Under the pieces are notes generated by a model, which saw only the letters and a program-made list of their open reading frames with translations, did not search any database and was not told the DNA's origin. Both the position numbers and the translations under genes were made by a program. From positions 4,667,434-4,731,433 of the forward strand of contig CM082593.2 of NCBI GenBank assembly GCA_040954595.2: a stretch of 64,000 nt of DNA, read 5' to 3'. Shown here one piece after another: positions 40,801 to 55,800 of this stretch (position 1 is its first letter; the number at the start of each line of letters is the position of its first letter). Source of the stretch: Balanoglossus misakiensis (taxonomy: Eukaryota > Animalia > Hemichordata).

Positions 40801-43800
40801 GAATCACACAAACGAAAATAGGGTTGAAAATGGCAGAAACAGCTAAGTGCATATCTAACATCCACAAATCATTACGAAAACAATGATACTGCGTTCGCCA
40901 ACTCCAATTAATCACCCACACAAAGCGCGGAAGATTAATTAAGCCTTGCAACCAATCAATTATTTAAATTGTGGCTTGCTGTTTTGACCAATTTGATTGG
41001 ATGCGCACCATTTGGTTGAAATCCGACACCATCCAGGGCTGGGTGGAGTAACATTTTCTAATCCAGGTGAAGTCTGTTTTATTGCCCTGATCCTAACTAA
41101 TATGTTGTATATTTCAGTTTTCCACGGAAAAATGGGTACTTTCTCAGTGCAAACAATGATCACCACACTCATATTTCATAAGCTTCTAGCAGTTTTTATT
41201 TTTTTGTGTAAAAACAAAAATATAAACATTAAGGATGTGATGAAAAATGTATCGGATATTTGATGACATTTTAACAAAAACTATCAGCCATTTGGCTTAA
41301 TGTAAATAACATTAAAACCTTTCAAGTTAATAACGACCGATTTCTATGAATGATTTAATAAGTAGCTTCCGTGAGAAGTCCCTAAAATCTACTGCAGCCA
41401 TGTTTAAGTAAATTGTCGCATTACAATGGTTTGTATGTGTGGACACGGTAATGGTGATGTTGCTCATGCTGAGTCAGTCGGTAACAGATGTAGCATATTT
41501 TGAAATAACTGTCAATTCTAAATTAACGCTGAAAAAACATCACCAACACTACGGCGCATATGTTCTCACTTACCGACGCAGCTCAGGCAGGTAAGAATTC
41601 CACTCAGAGAACAACTGACGGGTTTTCTGTTTTTCACAGATTGGGGAAATACAACGAACAGCTAAAAACACTGCAACGCAGCCCAGCACAGCACAGCAGC
41701 GACGGCGTCTGAATAAAGCTATTGTGCCGCGACCATTTGTGGGAGCACACACAATAGCTGGGAAAAAATAACCCCGCCTAAACAAAGGACCTCGTCAGAT
41801 GTGACCACGATAAAGTGCAACGTCTCTCCGCTGATGCACAGATCACATGACCACTCAATTTGTCACTGAAAATAATTTGCTACAAATGGTTGCGTCACAT
41901 TTTGCTCATGAATATTCATTAGAACGGCCTTAGTATTTTTTTCTCTCTCTGCCATTTCATATAGCAGTGATGATATTGGTTAGTATTACACGTCATGACT
42001 TTAATATTTAATGTTCAGAACTGCATGAATTTCAATGTTATATTTATCAAAATTTCAAAGGAGTATTTATTTTTACAAAATGTGACATTTGCATGGAAAA
42101 GTTCATACTAGTACTGAAATAATCATAATGTCACAGTGTTAAAGGTCACAATTTTTTTTCAATTTCTGATAGAACTAAAATAGATCTTTTTAACAAAAGG
42201 TTAAACATTACACTGGAACAAATTTTTAAAAATACACATTACAGAATTTTGTTATGATAACGCTTTAAAATTTTTGCTTCTCTTTAGTAGAAAACTGTAG
42301 TAATATTAGACACCCGACAAATATAGTCTGTTAGACACCAAATCTACACATTACCAGCAAAATTCCCAGGTAGGCCAGTATGCAAATGATTTGATCAAAC
42401 TAAATGACAGAAGAGTCTAAAGTACAATAAAGGTGCCCCATCTGTAGGTGATTATTCATAATTTTATATCTATTTTTTATTTTCTAATTTCAATATCTGT
42501 ATAGTGCCACACCCGTATGCCAAGCTTTTTACTTTGAATATTAATCAGTTTTGTTAATTTTTTTAAGTTGCATGTTGTTTTCATTCAACACTTATGCAGA
42601 AAAGTGTTACAAACGAAAATCATTAAAATTACCAAGAAGGAAATGTTATTTATTTTTAAGGCACAGCAAACTTTCAATTTTTGTTGCTTTGCTGTCATTC
42701 TATGTAACTGTATATTTTGTCAAATGTAACTGTTTTTTTTTCTCTTCCTTTAAAAACAATAACTGTTAGCAGTTTACACTCAACTGTTACTTAAATTACA
42801 GCAATTGAATTACTGGTAATATGATTAGAGGTATTTGAACCCAGGGTACTGACTATAACAGTAACTGTATTAGTCCTTGCGTTACACAATCTTATAAAGC
42901 CGTCCATAAATTCACGATGCTAATTTTGGTACTTTGCATACAAAGATGACACGAGGCTATAATGGTAATAGATCTGCGACCTGTAAATGTCACATAATGC
43001 ATATCGTTCAGGCATCCAGTGAGGACTGGGTAAATGGCCCAAAGACCACAATTGGTCGACAGTGTAATTATTGCCAACCCAGCCTGATTTCGGTCAAAAA
43101 TTAATCGGTTTAGTCTGACAAATATAAGGATATACCTTGCAAGCAAATAAACATTAATGTAAATAATTTCAGCAATGTAGCAATAATTATTTGAATTTTC
43201 TGCATGATATTCTCAAGCAGGATATGATTAGTCTAATGACCAACAATTAAGTGAGCAGAATAACACATAAGAACAAAAATTGAAGTACAAGATTGCAGGA
43301 GGTGGTATTTCATAATGGACTGGCTTCAAAGGTAACAGCTATTTCACAGAACAAGTATGGAAACAATGAAACCAGCAACTACTTGTATGTTTACAGACTA
43401 GTCGCCACAAACACAAACTCTGATTTCAAAATCACACAATATTTTCGTTTCTAAGTGTGCGCATATATCGGTTGCCGCACAACACTGACATGTAACTGCA
43501 GAAACCGTAAATAGTCCCCATTAATGCAACGTTGCTAGGCAACCCTCCCGACTGTTGCTATAACACCTGGGATGGTACGGCTGTGTCACACGCTAGATGC
43601 AATAATCAATCAGAACGCTAACAAGAATTCAATTTTTTTTCTAGAATGTACTCGATTCTGAGAAACATGTAAATCCCTCAGAATTTCCCGTATAAGAAGC
43701 AACTTCCCCGTAGCTATTCTACATGGAATTATTCGCCTTGCCGGTTGTACGGAATAATCCAAGTTAAAAATCTGGCTGCGGGGGTATGAATATGGTAAAA

Positions 43801-46800
43801 AACTGCCATTCACCCCAGTGTTCAATCATTTCTTCTTCTGCTATCATTCGTCATGAAATATCTGCAACAACACAGAGCAAAGGCCGTCCCGACACACAAA
43901 TACACCCAGATACAAGTAACACGTATGACATCACCATTGCCATGGCAACCAAACAGGAATCATTTTGCTATCTTCCCCTTAGCGATTTCTGAAGCGAAAC
44001 AGCCGTTGGAAAGCCAGGCATTCGGCTTGTATAGGTGCAAGCAAGATTGCGTGTACATGTATACCGCACACTGGAAAACTAGAAGTGACAGCCAGCTAAT
44101 TCCGTGACTCTAAGCGTCTTGGAAAATTATCAGCTCTGAGCTAGGTGTTCTCGGAAGCAATCGGACCGCGATGAACGACCGCGACATGATAACATCACAA
44201 ATGAAGTAAACAGATGTGAATCTTAATCACCTCCTCGGCCGAGACCGTCTCCTGGTCCTACGGATCCGACGCTCCATTCCCGGAGAAATCACAACCACTC
44301 GGCACCGGAGTTCACAAGAAACCGGGAAATCCTCCAGCGGGCGTGAAAAACAGGGAAGATTTATTACCGGAGTCAACAAAGTGACGTCCCCCGGCACACT
44401 TGCGTTTTTTTTCAGAGTTGAGAATATACGCATGAACTTTCTCGGGACATCTCATAAAGTTTAGAATTCCAGCCGGAAAATTGACGAGTTTGGGGTTTCA
44501 ATGAACAGCCCTTCTCAATGTCAATGCTATGCGAATACTCCGACCTCTGACCCCTGCAGTTGCACCCGGAGTTCATATTGCAGCACTCTGCTTAATGAAA
44601 ATTCCTTTTTCTTTACAGCTTTACAAACGCGTTACTACAGAGGGTCATGTTTATTTTCACTGTCTCACAGTACAAAAAATAACATTATGAAACATGAACT
44701 CAGAAATCCAACACTTGAATTCTGCGCAACTGTAAATTAAAATGGTTTTCTCCACTACTTTTTATGCTGTCATCAATGATTTAAGTATCAACATGATGCT
44801 TTAATTCTGCTCGTGGAAGATGGTTGAAGTTTTAAATGAGGACAAAAGATGATATTTCATCAGTCCAAATCACCAAAACAACATCCACGAGGCGAGTCAC
44901 TCACTAATACCACGCCATGGGGCCATGCACCATCGCAAATCTCGAAAAAATATTTTCTAGGGTGACATGGATTCAAACTGGAACTTGTTCATTATGATTG
45001 ATACCAGGCAAGAATGCAAACAGGACAGTTTACAGAAACTCGGCAGATCATTTATCATAGATTTGTCATTGTAAATACTTAGAAACCTAACAAGAACCTA
45101 CGCCAAAGGGACTGCGAAGTTATAAACAAAATTAAATTATGTCGGGAGCACGCTTGTTAGGTTAATAAATACATCTCGGGAATGTTTTGACATGTTTATC
45201 TTTGATATATACTGTACGTACCAGCTGAGGTGAGATCACAACATTCTCCAGGGGTGTTTACTCTCACCTACTATGGAAATGGAATGAGCCATTGCCAGAA
45301 GAGTGAGGAGTCTGGATGGTTCCATCTTGGTAAGATGATAGGGGTGTTTGAAGGTGAAATGAAGACGCATAGTTGACCGAGACCCAGGGCATGTAAGCTT
45401 ACTCATATCACTGCAGAGTTTAATACTGGATTTCACATCTCACTGCAACAAGCATTCTTTGTGGTCCAGGTTAAGGTGAAATACCACACCAATGGGAGCA
45501 TCAACTCATTCATTTTTAACAGACCACAGCTGAACATTTCTCGCATTTCTTGGACACTGAGATTTAGGGGTTACAAAACACAGTCATTTCTGTCACCACA
45601 ATGTTGATAATTTCAACCATTATTTAGTTCTCAAAAATATGTCAGTTGACAGTTGACATACAGCCAATATTTCAACTTATGCAGGTCAAGCAGTTAATTT
45701 TTAAATACACAACATACACAAACTCACGCATACCTCATATATAAGCATTTCTGGCACTGCACTACCATAGTATACAAATCACACACACACACCCTACATA
45801 CCCAGTATATACAAAATGTACATCCCTCCCACACACAGAACACTATCTTGAGGTAAAACAACTGTATTTTACATAACAGAAACTGCTAACAATATGGACA
45901 AATTAAATATTTAACACATAAATGCTCTCTGAGAAAAAGTTCTTACCCTGTTTTTCTTGTTGGTGATAACTCTTTTTCATTAACTGTTAAAACAAATAAA
46001 AGAAATTGAAGCTTGTTAGATTTAGCAATAAAACTACATGTAACACAGATATGAGTGCAGATCTATGTTTTATATTTTAACTGTTAGACGCATTCATTTT
46101 TGTTGCATGATTATGATTCAGCAGCTAGTCAGTTTCCATAATGCTGTTACAAGATCGACGTGACAATCTCAGCTTCTATTGGCTGTTGCAATGTGTGTGT
46201 ATCTTGTATAGTTTCCTACGATGTCTCTGCTAAATGCATCACACTCTACTGTAGCTTTAGGCTCTGGTAAAGGTTTAAGCCCTGTCCTGTTTTAATCACT
46301 GCAAAATGCTTTACAGTATATAAGATGCAGAAGTGCTTGGCAGCTGCCAAGTATTTCAGTATTAGGAGAGTCACCCCCTGGGCTATACCACCCAGACATT
46401 TCCCACCCACATAGAGATTATAAGGTTAGTGGTTTAGTGTCTGGTGGGTAGATATCCTGGGGGGTAACTACCCTAGAATCGGTATTTCTGTGGATGCACA
46501 AAGCCTTCTTGCATTGAAGTCTTCAGCTGCATGGGTTCAAATGTTTAAAATTCTAGACATATTCCAGTGAAGTCTTCAAGCTCAGAATACTGTTTTGAGT
46601 GGTCCTGGAGTCAGTGTACATGTACCGGTATGTGCCAATACCAGCAAGTTTCCGGGACTTTTGACTCTGACAAAATCTGAAATCTAGATTTTGCCTACCT
46701 TTTTCATCTTTCCGTTTGCTTAAATCGTTATAAGTGTACGATGGTCTGTAAGGGTTAGTTTCTAGAATGAAAGGAAAATGTTAGTGATGAAATTGGGGAC

Positions 46801-49800
46801 GAATTAATTAGTGTTAGAGATAACGTCAAGGATGACTGGATAACGAGGATATGGTGGACTTCATGCGTGTGGGGGTCTATTAATATCACTGTAAAAGGTG
46901 AACCATTGATAGACGGGTTTGGGAATACTGTACGCATGCAAGTGAGAATTCATGAATATCAATGTAGGTTATTACATCATTATGTAACTAGTACATTAAA
47001 TTATACCACAGAATGTGTAACAGATATAACAGAATGACAGACATCCTCAACAGTTCTACTGGGAAGGGATGTTAATTTTTTATGCTTGGGAATTAAAATT
47101 AAAATTAAAATCACGGATGAAGACATATTTACAAGGATACGACTGGGTTTGGGACACTAACTACTGATTACAGCCTAAAGCAGTGTTAGAAGGGATTTGT
47201 TTTTATTTGGTGAAAAGATGAAAACCATAATTTTTTTCAGAACAGGATCTGAGCTTTATTCCATCGTAGGACTTTCTAAGATCTTGTTGTCAGTTAAAAT
47301 TCTTGTTATGGAAGAAATTCTTGAATAAGTGTAAAATCAAGATTGTGCAGAAATTGTCTGCGAACTTGTTTGTGGTGATGCGTTTGGTTGCATGGGGATT
47401 AGTGAATGAAACAAATCTTGTCTATCAAAAATACTACGCTTACAACTGCAGCAGGCAATTCATAACCTGTGCGTCATAAACTTAAATTAAAAGAAAATCA
47501 ACTTAATTGTCATGACAACTAACACAAAAATGTAAAAAAACAAAACTGCAAGGCATTGCGGTAACAGTCGCAAACAGTACATGCAGGTGTTGGTACTAAG
47601 TGTAAAGTGCTATCTGATTGGCTAATGCTAGCATAACACTGGGTAATTCACTACAGATTGACCAATCACTCTGCATGTACCTTCCACTGATGCTTCAGCA
47701 TTTCCATCAGGAAATACATAAGTTGGTCTGTAGGGGTTTGCTTCTGCAGAGAGACAACAATTCTTTTTTAAGCAAAAAAATTAAACTATGCACGAAAAAC
47801 TACCTATATTTCACATTGCAAAGTTACCATGTTGTTGAGGGGCGAAGTGTTTATCATTAAATTTTTTTTATTTAAATCCTTTCATCATCATGATTTGGTC
47901 CAAATCCATTGTTTTTAAGGCAAAACTGGACCTCTACAAAGGAAAATAGGGGTGTAAGAGTTAATCAAAGCCTACTGAGGGAAACGGGAGATAAGTGGCA
48001 AACTTTGGTCATCTTTCCCATTCTGTTGTGCAATCATCATAGATGTATAGGAGTTAATTCTCACCTTTTCCGTTTTTGTCGTCTTTGTCATCCGGGAAAA
48101 TATAGGTTGGCCTGTATGGATTATCATCTGTGGGAAGGAAAGGAGTATAGTAATAAGAAAAATATCAAGAAAAATTGAAAATATTATATTTATGTAATAA
48201 AAACCAGTCCTTGACAGTAGTTAGAAAGTTTGGAAATAAGACTGCAGATCTGATTGGGTGATATGCCTGAGCGCTAATCCAATGAACACTGTCGTTTTAG
48301 ACACAGTGTGTTTCAATGTAAATTTACCTTTTTTGTTTATCTCATATTCTAAAACTTTCAGAACATTTCGGATTTAATTTTACAATTAATTAAACCAATA
48401 CATTCCCATATTGAGTGACAAATAAACATGCAAGTTGAATGAATCCTTAGTAACATAGGGTGTACCACTGGTGAAATACATGGTCTTAGGTGGCCTCAAT
48501 TATCACTATGGAAACATAATGGTGACACCCAGTCAACAACATTGAGCACTGAAGACATTTTATGAACTATAGTACTGTTTTCATGACTTATGAAATATGC
48601 ATTGCATAAAAATGACCAGAGATGACATTCCAAACCAACTGCGAAATTCACAAAATAGCAGTGTGGACTAAATCAATTATGGATTTTTTAAATTTGGTGA
48701 TGCAAAGGCTTGAAAACATATACACATGAACCCACAACACTAACAACACCCACACAATTTGATTTGTATGAAATTTTAGTCATGACAAGGAACTGTCTTC
48801 AACTATAATCCAGAATAACCCTGAAAAGTTCATCCTTATTTTGTGGTGATCTCGCAGACATCCATCAAAATCAAGATGTGGTTTTAATTCTTTTAAAGGG
48901 CGACGATCGTCTTATGCACATGTGCCAAACCAGAGACTCTGGTTACAAAAATTGTGCTGTCCTAACAACAGACAAGATGGCGGTGACCATAGTCTATGTC
49001 GCAGATGGGGAAAGACAGCAAATTGGGTGAAAAGAAGGGACAAAACTAAAGTCTACTATGCATGAAATATGGAAGGAAGCGAAGACAGTCCACTATTTGG
49101 ATGCATCGAACGCAAAATTTGCTGAACTTTTGGATTGGACGTAATGTTTGTACACACGAAATTTCGCATATGCGCATAAGACGATCGTTGGCCTTCAAGT
49201 GTCTGCAGTCTGTTCTGCTATTGTTGGAGACAACTCCTGAGAAAGCATAATAAGTTATCTTAAATGGAAAATCAAATGGACATTACAGCAGGTAAGGTCA
49301 AAAAAGTAACAAGTTAAGGGGTACACTGTACAGAACGATAAGATGATTGGTTAAAAAGAATCAGGGGTAACCGCTTAACTCCCTAATTGATAAGAAGTTG
49401 ATCGAAAATCACACATACATCAACCGGACATGGAGTTACAGCGAAAGAACGTTTACAGATGAAAGGGCAGACCCATGCGATAATGCTGGAAATAGCTGAG
49501 CTGAGCGAAGGCGCAGAATGAGCAGAGCATTGTGGGAAACATTTTGTTTTTCTCAGCCATGCAGACAAGCACATTCAAAACAAAAACCAGATCAAAATAA
49601 CACTTGGAAACCCTTTGTGTTTTGTTTGACACATATCGAACCACTATTTCCCAAACATAATTTTAGCTAAACATCTTCCTTTTGCCCAAAACATAATCTC
49701 CCACGACTTAAAAGTTAGACATTTTACAACCATTCTTATGACTGTTTTCTATAAAGTTTAGTCATTTTGAGTTTTTAAACGGGGGGGGGGGGGGGGGGGG

Positions 49801-52800
49801 CAAACAGTAACCGCAACACAATTAGTAATGTTAGTGTCACAACAGAGCACACCCTGAAAACACAATGGATTTCCAAGCGTCATGAAGTTTGTGGAATTAA
49901 ACATGGACAACCTAGTATAACGCCCTCACGCACAAACCGCATGTATTTATTGTCGTCATCTGCAAGGAAGGAGAGTTATTACTTAGCAACAAACAAACAA
50001 ACAAACAAATAAAAGTAAGGGTCCTTCTCCAGTGTGATGTTGAATTAGTGTTATAAAGTTTCACATGAAGTCCAGTTTAACTGCCAATTTTGGGCGAATG
50101 CTGTCAACGGTTTTTTCTTTGCATTGTTCTTCAGGAAATATTGCAGTAATTGCTGTTTGAATCACACTGATTATATCGTACAGTAATGTGAAATATCTTT
50201 GTTAAATTTGCACACAGTAAAGAATTTCAAAAAATTCTTTTTATTTCAAATCAATTGTCTCAATAATAAACTGAGTAAAATATTAATATTTTGAATTGTA
50301 CTAAAATGATGGCACCTTCGTTGGAAAATCACACATTTCTTTGCTATAGAGAAAAATATATAACATCTAAAATCTGAACGATACCGTTACTTCATTTGGC
50401 AAGAAAACCGAGTGGACCAATATAAATCAACCAGGCATGAAAGGTTACAAACTGGAAGATTTTTAATCAGGAATTTTGTCAGAAAATTAGAAGAATTTGT
50501 TCCACACTGAAGAAGGACTAAAGTTGTAATTTTGTAAGTCAAGCGAGCAGTTTTTTTTTTGAGTATCTAAAATATCATTACTGTGTTAATTGTAAAGTGA
50601 GGGAGGCAAGGTATAGACAGTGGAGAGTCTTGGATTTTGATAAAATCTTAGGTTTGTTATTACATACAAGTGATTTGGCACAGGAGAAAAATAAAGGGGA
50701 CAGTAAAAGAAGACGATATTGGTGTGATGTAGGAACACAAGACAATCAAAACAATTAGCAACACAACAAGAAATATTCACCGTCATCTTATTCTAGATTC
50801 CGACAATTTTAGCTTCGGAATCAAAGTCCACTTTTCTTAAATGTAGTGGCAGTGAATTTGGAAAGGAATGCTATTCCACACAACACCTATGCACTTGAAA
50901 AATCACTTAAACTCCTCCATAACTTCAGGAAACAATTTTTTGAAACTGCATGAATATTGGCTTTCTACATGTACCTGGATTAGGATTTTAATCTTATGCA
51001 CATGTTGTCACAAAACATGGGTATGCATGCAAATTATTATTAGAAAAAAACACTGGCTTTGTAGTTGCCATTGCAACATACATGTACACAAGCAATGACA
51101 ACTTCTGAAACAAAGGGGTAAGTTAAACATATTTTTCAGTTTTCATATTGATAGTTCAGTATATATCCAGTCGACTTTTCCTGTTTGTCAGATCTCTGTA
51201 ACCATCTCAAAGATACCGTCACAGTCTGTTTTTTGTCTGGCAATCTGTTATTTCTCTTTTCTCCAAATTTCATTTCTTTTTGGTAAAGCTATTCTGATGA
51301 CCACAGGTGTACACTTACCTTCTTTTTTATCTTGTCTGTGAATGGATTTGTACATTTCTTTGTACCAATCATGTCGCTTGTCTTCTTGCACTCCCTACAG
51401 GAAAAATATACAGCACAGTGTATCAGGGTAAGAAACAGCACAGCAAAGATACAGCACAGTGTCTCAGAATAGACACTGTACAACAAAAATCATACCACAT
51501 GGCTCTTTATCTGGCCCAGATCTTTGCATTCTGTTACATACTGCACTGTATCTTTGATCTAATGCTATGTTAAAAATGCATGTAACACTTCACCAAACAC
51601 ACTCTATTGCATCTGCTATGTACCTTGATGCAAAGATACACCACAGCATGTAAAGGAGAATGCAAAGATCAGACCAGGTGAATATAGCCATGCGATATGA
51701 TTTTAAAACACTCCGAATCATGAGAACTTTCAAAGACTTGAAGTTAATTATTTGTGAAAATAAAAACTAACCGATCTGAGTCCAATCGGCATGCCACTTT
51801 CCGAGTCCACTGGTCCAATGCCTTCATATTTTCCAGACTGACGAACAACCCTCCTGGTAGTTTCTGTGGATCCGGGCATCTTGACCGGATAGTAAGTGTC
51901 CGTGTGGATCACATCGCCCTCAACCGTCTTTGTTTGATAGACAGCTCCTGGTGGCAACTGACTCGTATCTGTGGATAAAAGTGAATAAGTCAATAAAACT
52001 TGAATTAAAAAAACCTACAGTAAGTCGAGAGCCAAGTACAAGTAGAGGAAAGATCATAAACAAATTGCCAGAAGTGATTCAAAAGGAGAATATATATTAA
52101 ATAATAAAGAATGTAATTTTAAAACTTCTGCACATTGCCTTCTAGACATTACAAAGCAGCAATGCAATGATAAGTCACATTGCAACGTTTTACAAATAAC
52201 AGAAAAAAAGTCATAGTCCAAGATTTGATAATTATTTCAATAAAAATAGTCAAAGTTGTGAAAGTACGGCATGCATCTTCAAACCGAGGTTCGTACAGTT
52301 AAAAAGAATGCGCAGAAAGTTTGGCTGTAATCATAGAAACGAAAGTTCTGTGTGAGAAGTGTGTCACAGGTTATATAACACAGTAGAAATTTTTCACAAA
52401 AGTATTAAAGGAAGCAAAGAGTTTAAATTCAAGAAAAACTCAAATCACTGTGATCTATCGTTAAGAACTCATGCTCAAATATCACACAATCAATGTGGGT
52501 ATAAAATGCATTTCAGCAAAGAGAAAATATTCTGAGGGTCTCCATCCTATTGTGTTTATAGTGTAATTCTTTCAAAGTCACTCACTGACATTTTGTTTGA
52601 CGTTCAACGACGTCTCTCATAAGATCAGAGGTCAAGATTTTGGTCAGCAAATTTTGTTGAAATGTACAGTAACAGTGGATGTTGTTATATTGGAGACACT
52701 CAGAATGAAAGAAACTGTTTGATATGCATGGTGGCAGCGAATGGAATGATCTGGAGAAAATCATGAAGGCAGTCGATTGCCAGCTTGTGAAGATCGATCA

Positions 52801-55800
52801 GCATAGAAAGATCGGTGCAGTGTGCTTCACACGCAGTGAAAAGCAAAACAAAAATGTGCACCAGAATAGAATGCTACACTGATGATGCGGAACAGCACAG
52901 TTAGTAACCATGGCAGCAGCAGAACACAAAAGCATGCATGTTTGTCAGCAAATTCTAACAAGCTGTGCAAAGTCAATCAACAAGGGTGCATTCGTCATGT
53001 GTAACACACACCTTGTTACAAAACAAAAATATCGGTGCAATGGATGCAGGCATATAGCAGTATAATGTGGCATAGCAAGCATGATGCAACAGGTACAGTA
53101 AATTCAAATAAAATATGACAGTGATATCAAAACAATCAAGATACAGCTCAAGAATCACAGAAGTTTTGTGCTCTATTTAGAACTATCACCCCTAAGTTGA
53201 TACGTTCTTATATCAATCTCAGTGTTCTTTCAAAACCCGATCCAGTAACAGTATTTTGAATTTCTTCAGAAACTGTCCAAAACCTGGATTCAAATCGAGA
53301 CTGACGTCAGATTTACCAACAGTCAAAATGAGAGGATTATGGTATTCATTTGAGCACAAAACATTCTTGATTCAAGAGCTATGGTGATAATTCTGTAAGT
53401 CTGTGATTCAAGATAAAAGTGTATGTATGATGGAAAATATATGCACTGCTGACAAAACTGAAACATTTAATTTATGCGCGACAGCTTTGCAGACAGAGAT
53501 GCACCCCCCCCCCCCTTCCCACAACTTTTCAACAGACGGCTGCAGTCAAAGCAAAGCTGCAACGAAGAAGGCTGAACTGTACTTACTGGCAATAAACAAA
53601 ACAAAACAAATAGCATTGCCAGTAAACAAACAAAGAAGTGAACGTTACACATGCAGCTTAGCAGGATACGGAAAAGAGCATGCTGTTTGCATCATTTACG
53701 TCAACACGGTGCTCTGTTGTAGTGCCTCTGGGTTTTGCATACACACGAGAAAAAAGTTTTAAAAAATGCAACTGTGTTTTTAAAAGGCAAAAAAATTGTC
53801 AATTTTAGTATCCAAGCACCCCGTTTTCACAAGCATACTCCCGTCACAAAAAAGAAAGAAAATGATTTGTTAATATTTGTTGAGACTGGTTAACACTGGT
53901 TATGGCTGGTTAACACTGGTTATGGCTAGTCAGGGAACACCTGGTTAATATCTGTACATAGCAGAGAAGCCTCTCACCAGTGACCACCTGGAAGTCGGGT
54001 TCAGCGTAAATGACTTTATCTTTTAAGACAGTTTCACCTTCAATTTCATGAGTCTTATAGGCCTCCTTAATATGATGGTCCTTTGGGTCTGGTTAAAAAT
54101 TGGAAGGCATGACAATAACCGAAATAAAAAAAGAGGGGAAAAAAAAACAAGGACAAAAAAATTAATGATGTTTCCTTAACATGGTATGGTTTTACAGGGA
54201 AAACTTACTTTTTAACATGTACATATACAGACGAATGACAGACATATAGACAGACGATATACATGTTAAGGTGTGTTGTTAGGAGTTAGGTGTTATAACT
54301 AGGAGGGGTGAACACATAAGGTAAGGAAGGGTGAGAGGTTAAAGTTCAATGATCAAAGGTTCCACTTCACCATGCTGTGAAGGACTTCCCATGATTCTGC
54401 TGTGATAGAGATATTGACTAGAATGCTTGTTTTAGATGACTGATTGGTTTGGATAAATGCAGTTACAGGAATTCGTTAAAGATCTGGATATTTTTGGAGA
54501 GTTTCAGTTGAATGGAAACTACAGAGCCAAAACAAGTGAAATATGTTAAATATATGAACATTTTTGGACAGTTTCAGATGAATAAAACTACAGAGCCATG
54601 AGAAGTCACTGATGGAAAACCCCTAGTGAACCAAGAAGAGAAAAAAGTGGTTCTCCATGGTGACTACGATGATGTGCCAAAAGAGTCCTTGATTGAACCC
54701 AAACCATGAGTCAAACATTGTTTCTCCTTTTGCATGTTTATTACAGAAGTAATTAATTCCTCAGTTTGGCCAATCATAAATTTGGAAAAACTCCTAAATT
54801 TGAAGTGAAAATAACTACACAGGAGAAACAGTGTTTGACTTGTAATTATCTGATGTAGGTCTCAAGTCACCAAAAGCACCCAATGGAAACCATTCGAAAC
54901 CTATTAAAAATAAAATGGGTGAACAGAAAAATATGTTGAACTATAGGAAACAAAAAATATTGAACTAATCTGGGGTACCATTCATAAAAATTATAGGATG
55001 AAATTCAGAAAAGATAGTATGACAATCTGAGCAACCGACCACACAACCAAGATACTGATTGGCTCTTGATGAACTTTAACCCAACACGTCAAACTGCTAT
55101 TGGTCAAATAGCTTGGTGCAATTTTCATTTAAATTTGAAAATATGATTAAAATCTTCAGGTCAGTCAATATGAAAAGTTCAAAGCTAATAAAATGACGGC
55201 CCTGTTATTTTTTTTCAAAAACCAAAAGAATCTTGGTTGTTTGCAGTTTGCCATCAAAAAAAAATATGAAAAAGTGATACCCTGGAGGAAAGAAGTTTGA
55301 AATAGCCCTTCCTGTAACCACGGCAACATTCAATAATATCCAATATCTATACTGACACTGCAAAGCTGTAAACTTTGGTACTTGCACAGGAAATTTAAAA
55401 TTTAGTGAAAATAGTGTCACTGAGAGATCAGTTTATCGATCCCGAAGAATGAAACTTGACTTGAGCATAGACAGTAGAAGATGAGTATTAAATGTTACGT
55501 AAGAATTATTAAAACAGATTACTGTTAGTTTTGTTTAAGCAAGTATCTCAGTACGGCACTTGCATGGCTATCCACATCACAAAAAAGTGGTGGGATCAGC
55601 CAGGCAGGGGGGACAAATGTTTCGGTTATCTTTTAAATTAGCCAGAGGAACCATATGACTTTGCAGTGGCTTTTACAGAAAGAGCTACTTCTCAGGTCTG
55701 GGAGATCTGACGGCATCTACAGAGAAATATGACGGTGAAACTGATAACGTGCGGTGGTATTGCGAAAACCGATTGCTGAACCACTGTGTACACCCCTACT

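Noticed and set aside
46370-46480. Similarity to 13995-14095 (ccccctggg..ggttag..ggggg..cctaga) as a repeat family
   Set aside because: Too degenerate to define ends or confirm by eye
52585-52764. Possible alternative first exon ending at a gtgagt donor
   Set aside because: Neither ATG gives phase 1 to match exon 51968, and there is no other support
55689-55716. Possible exon after the acceptor tctctgtag
   Set aside because: The in-phase frame stops after about 10 codons and there is no convincing donor
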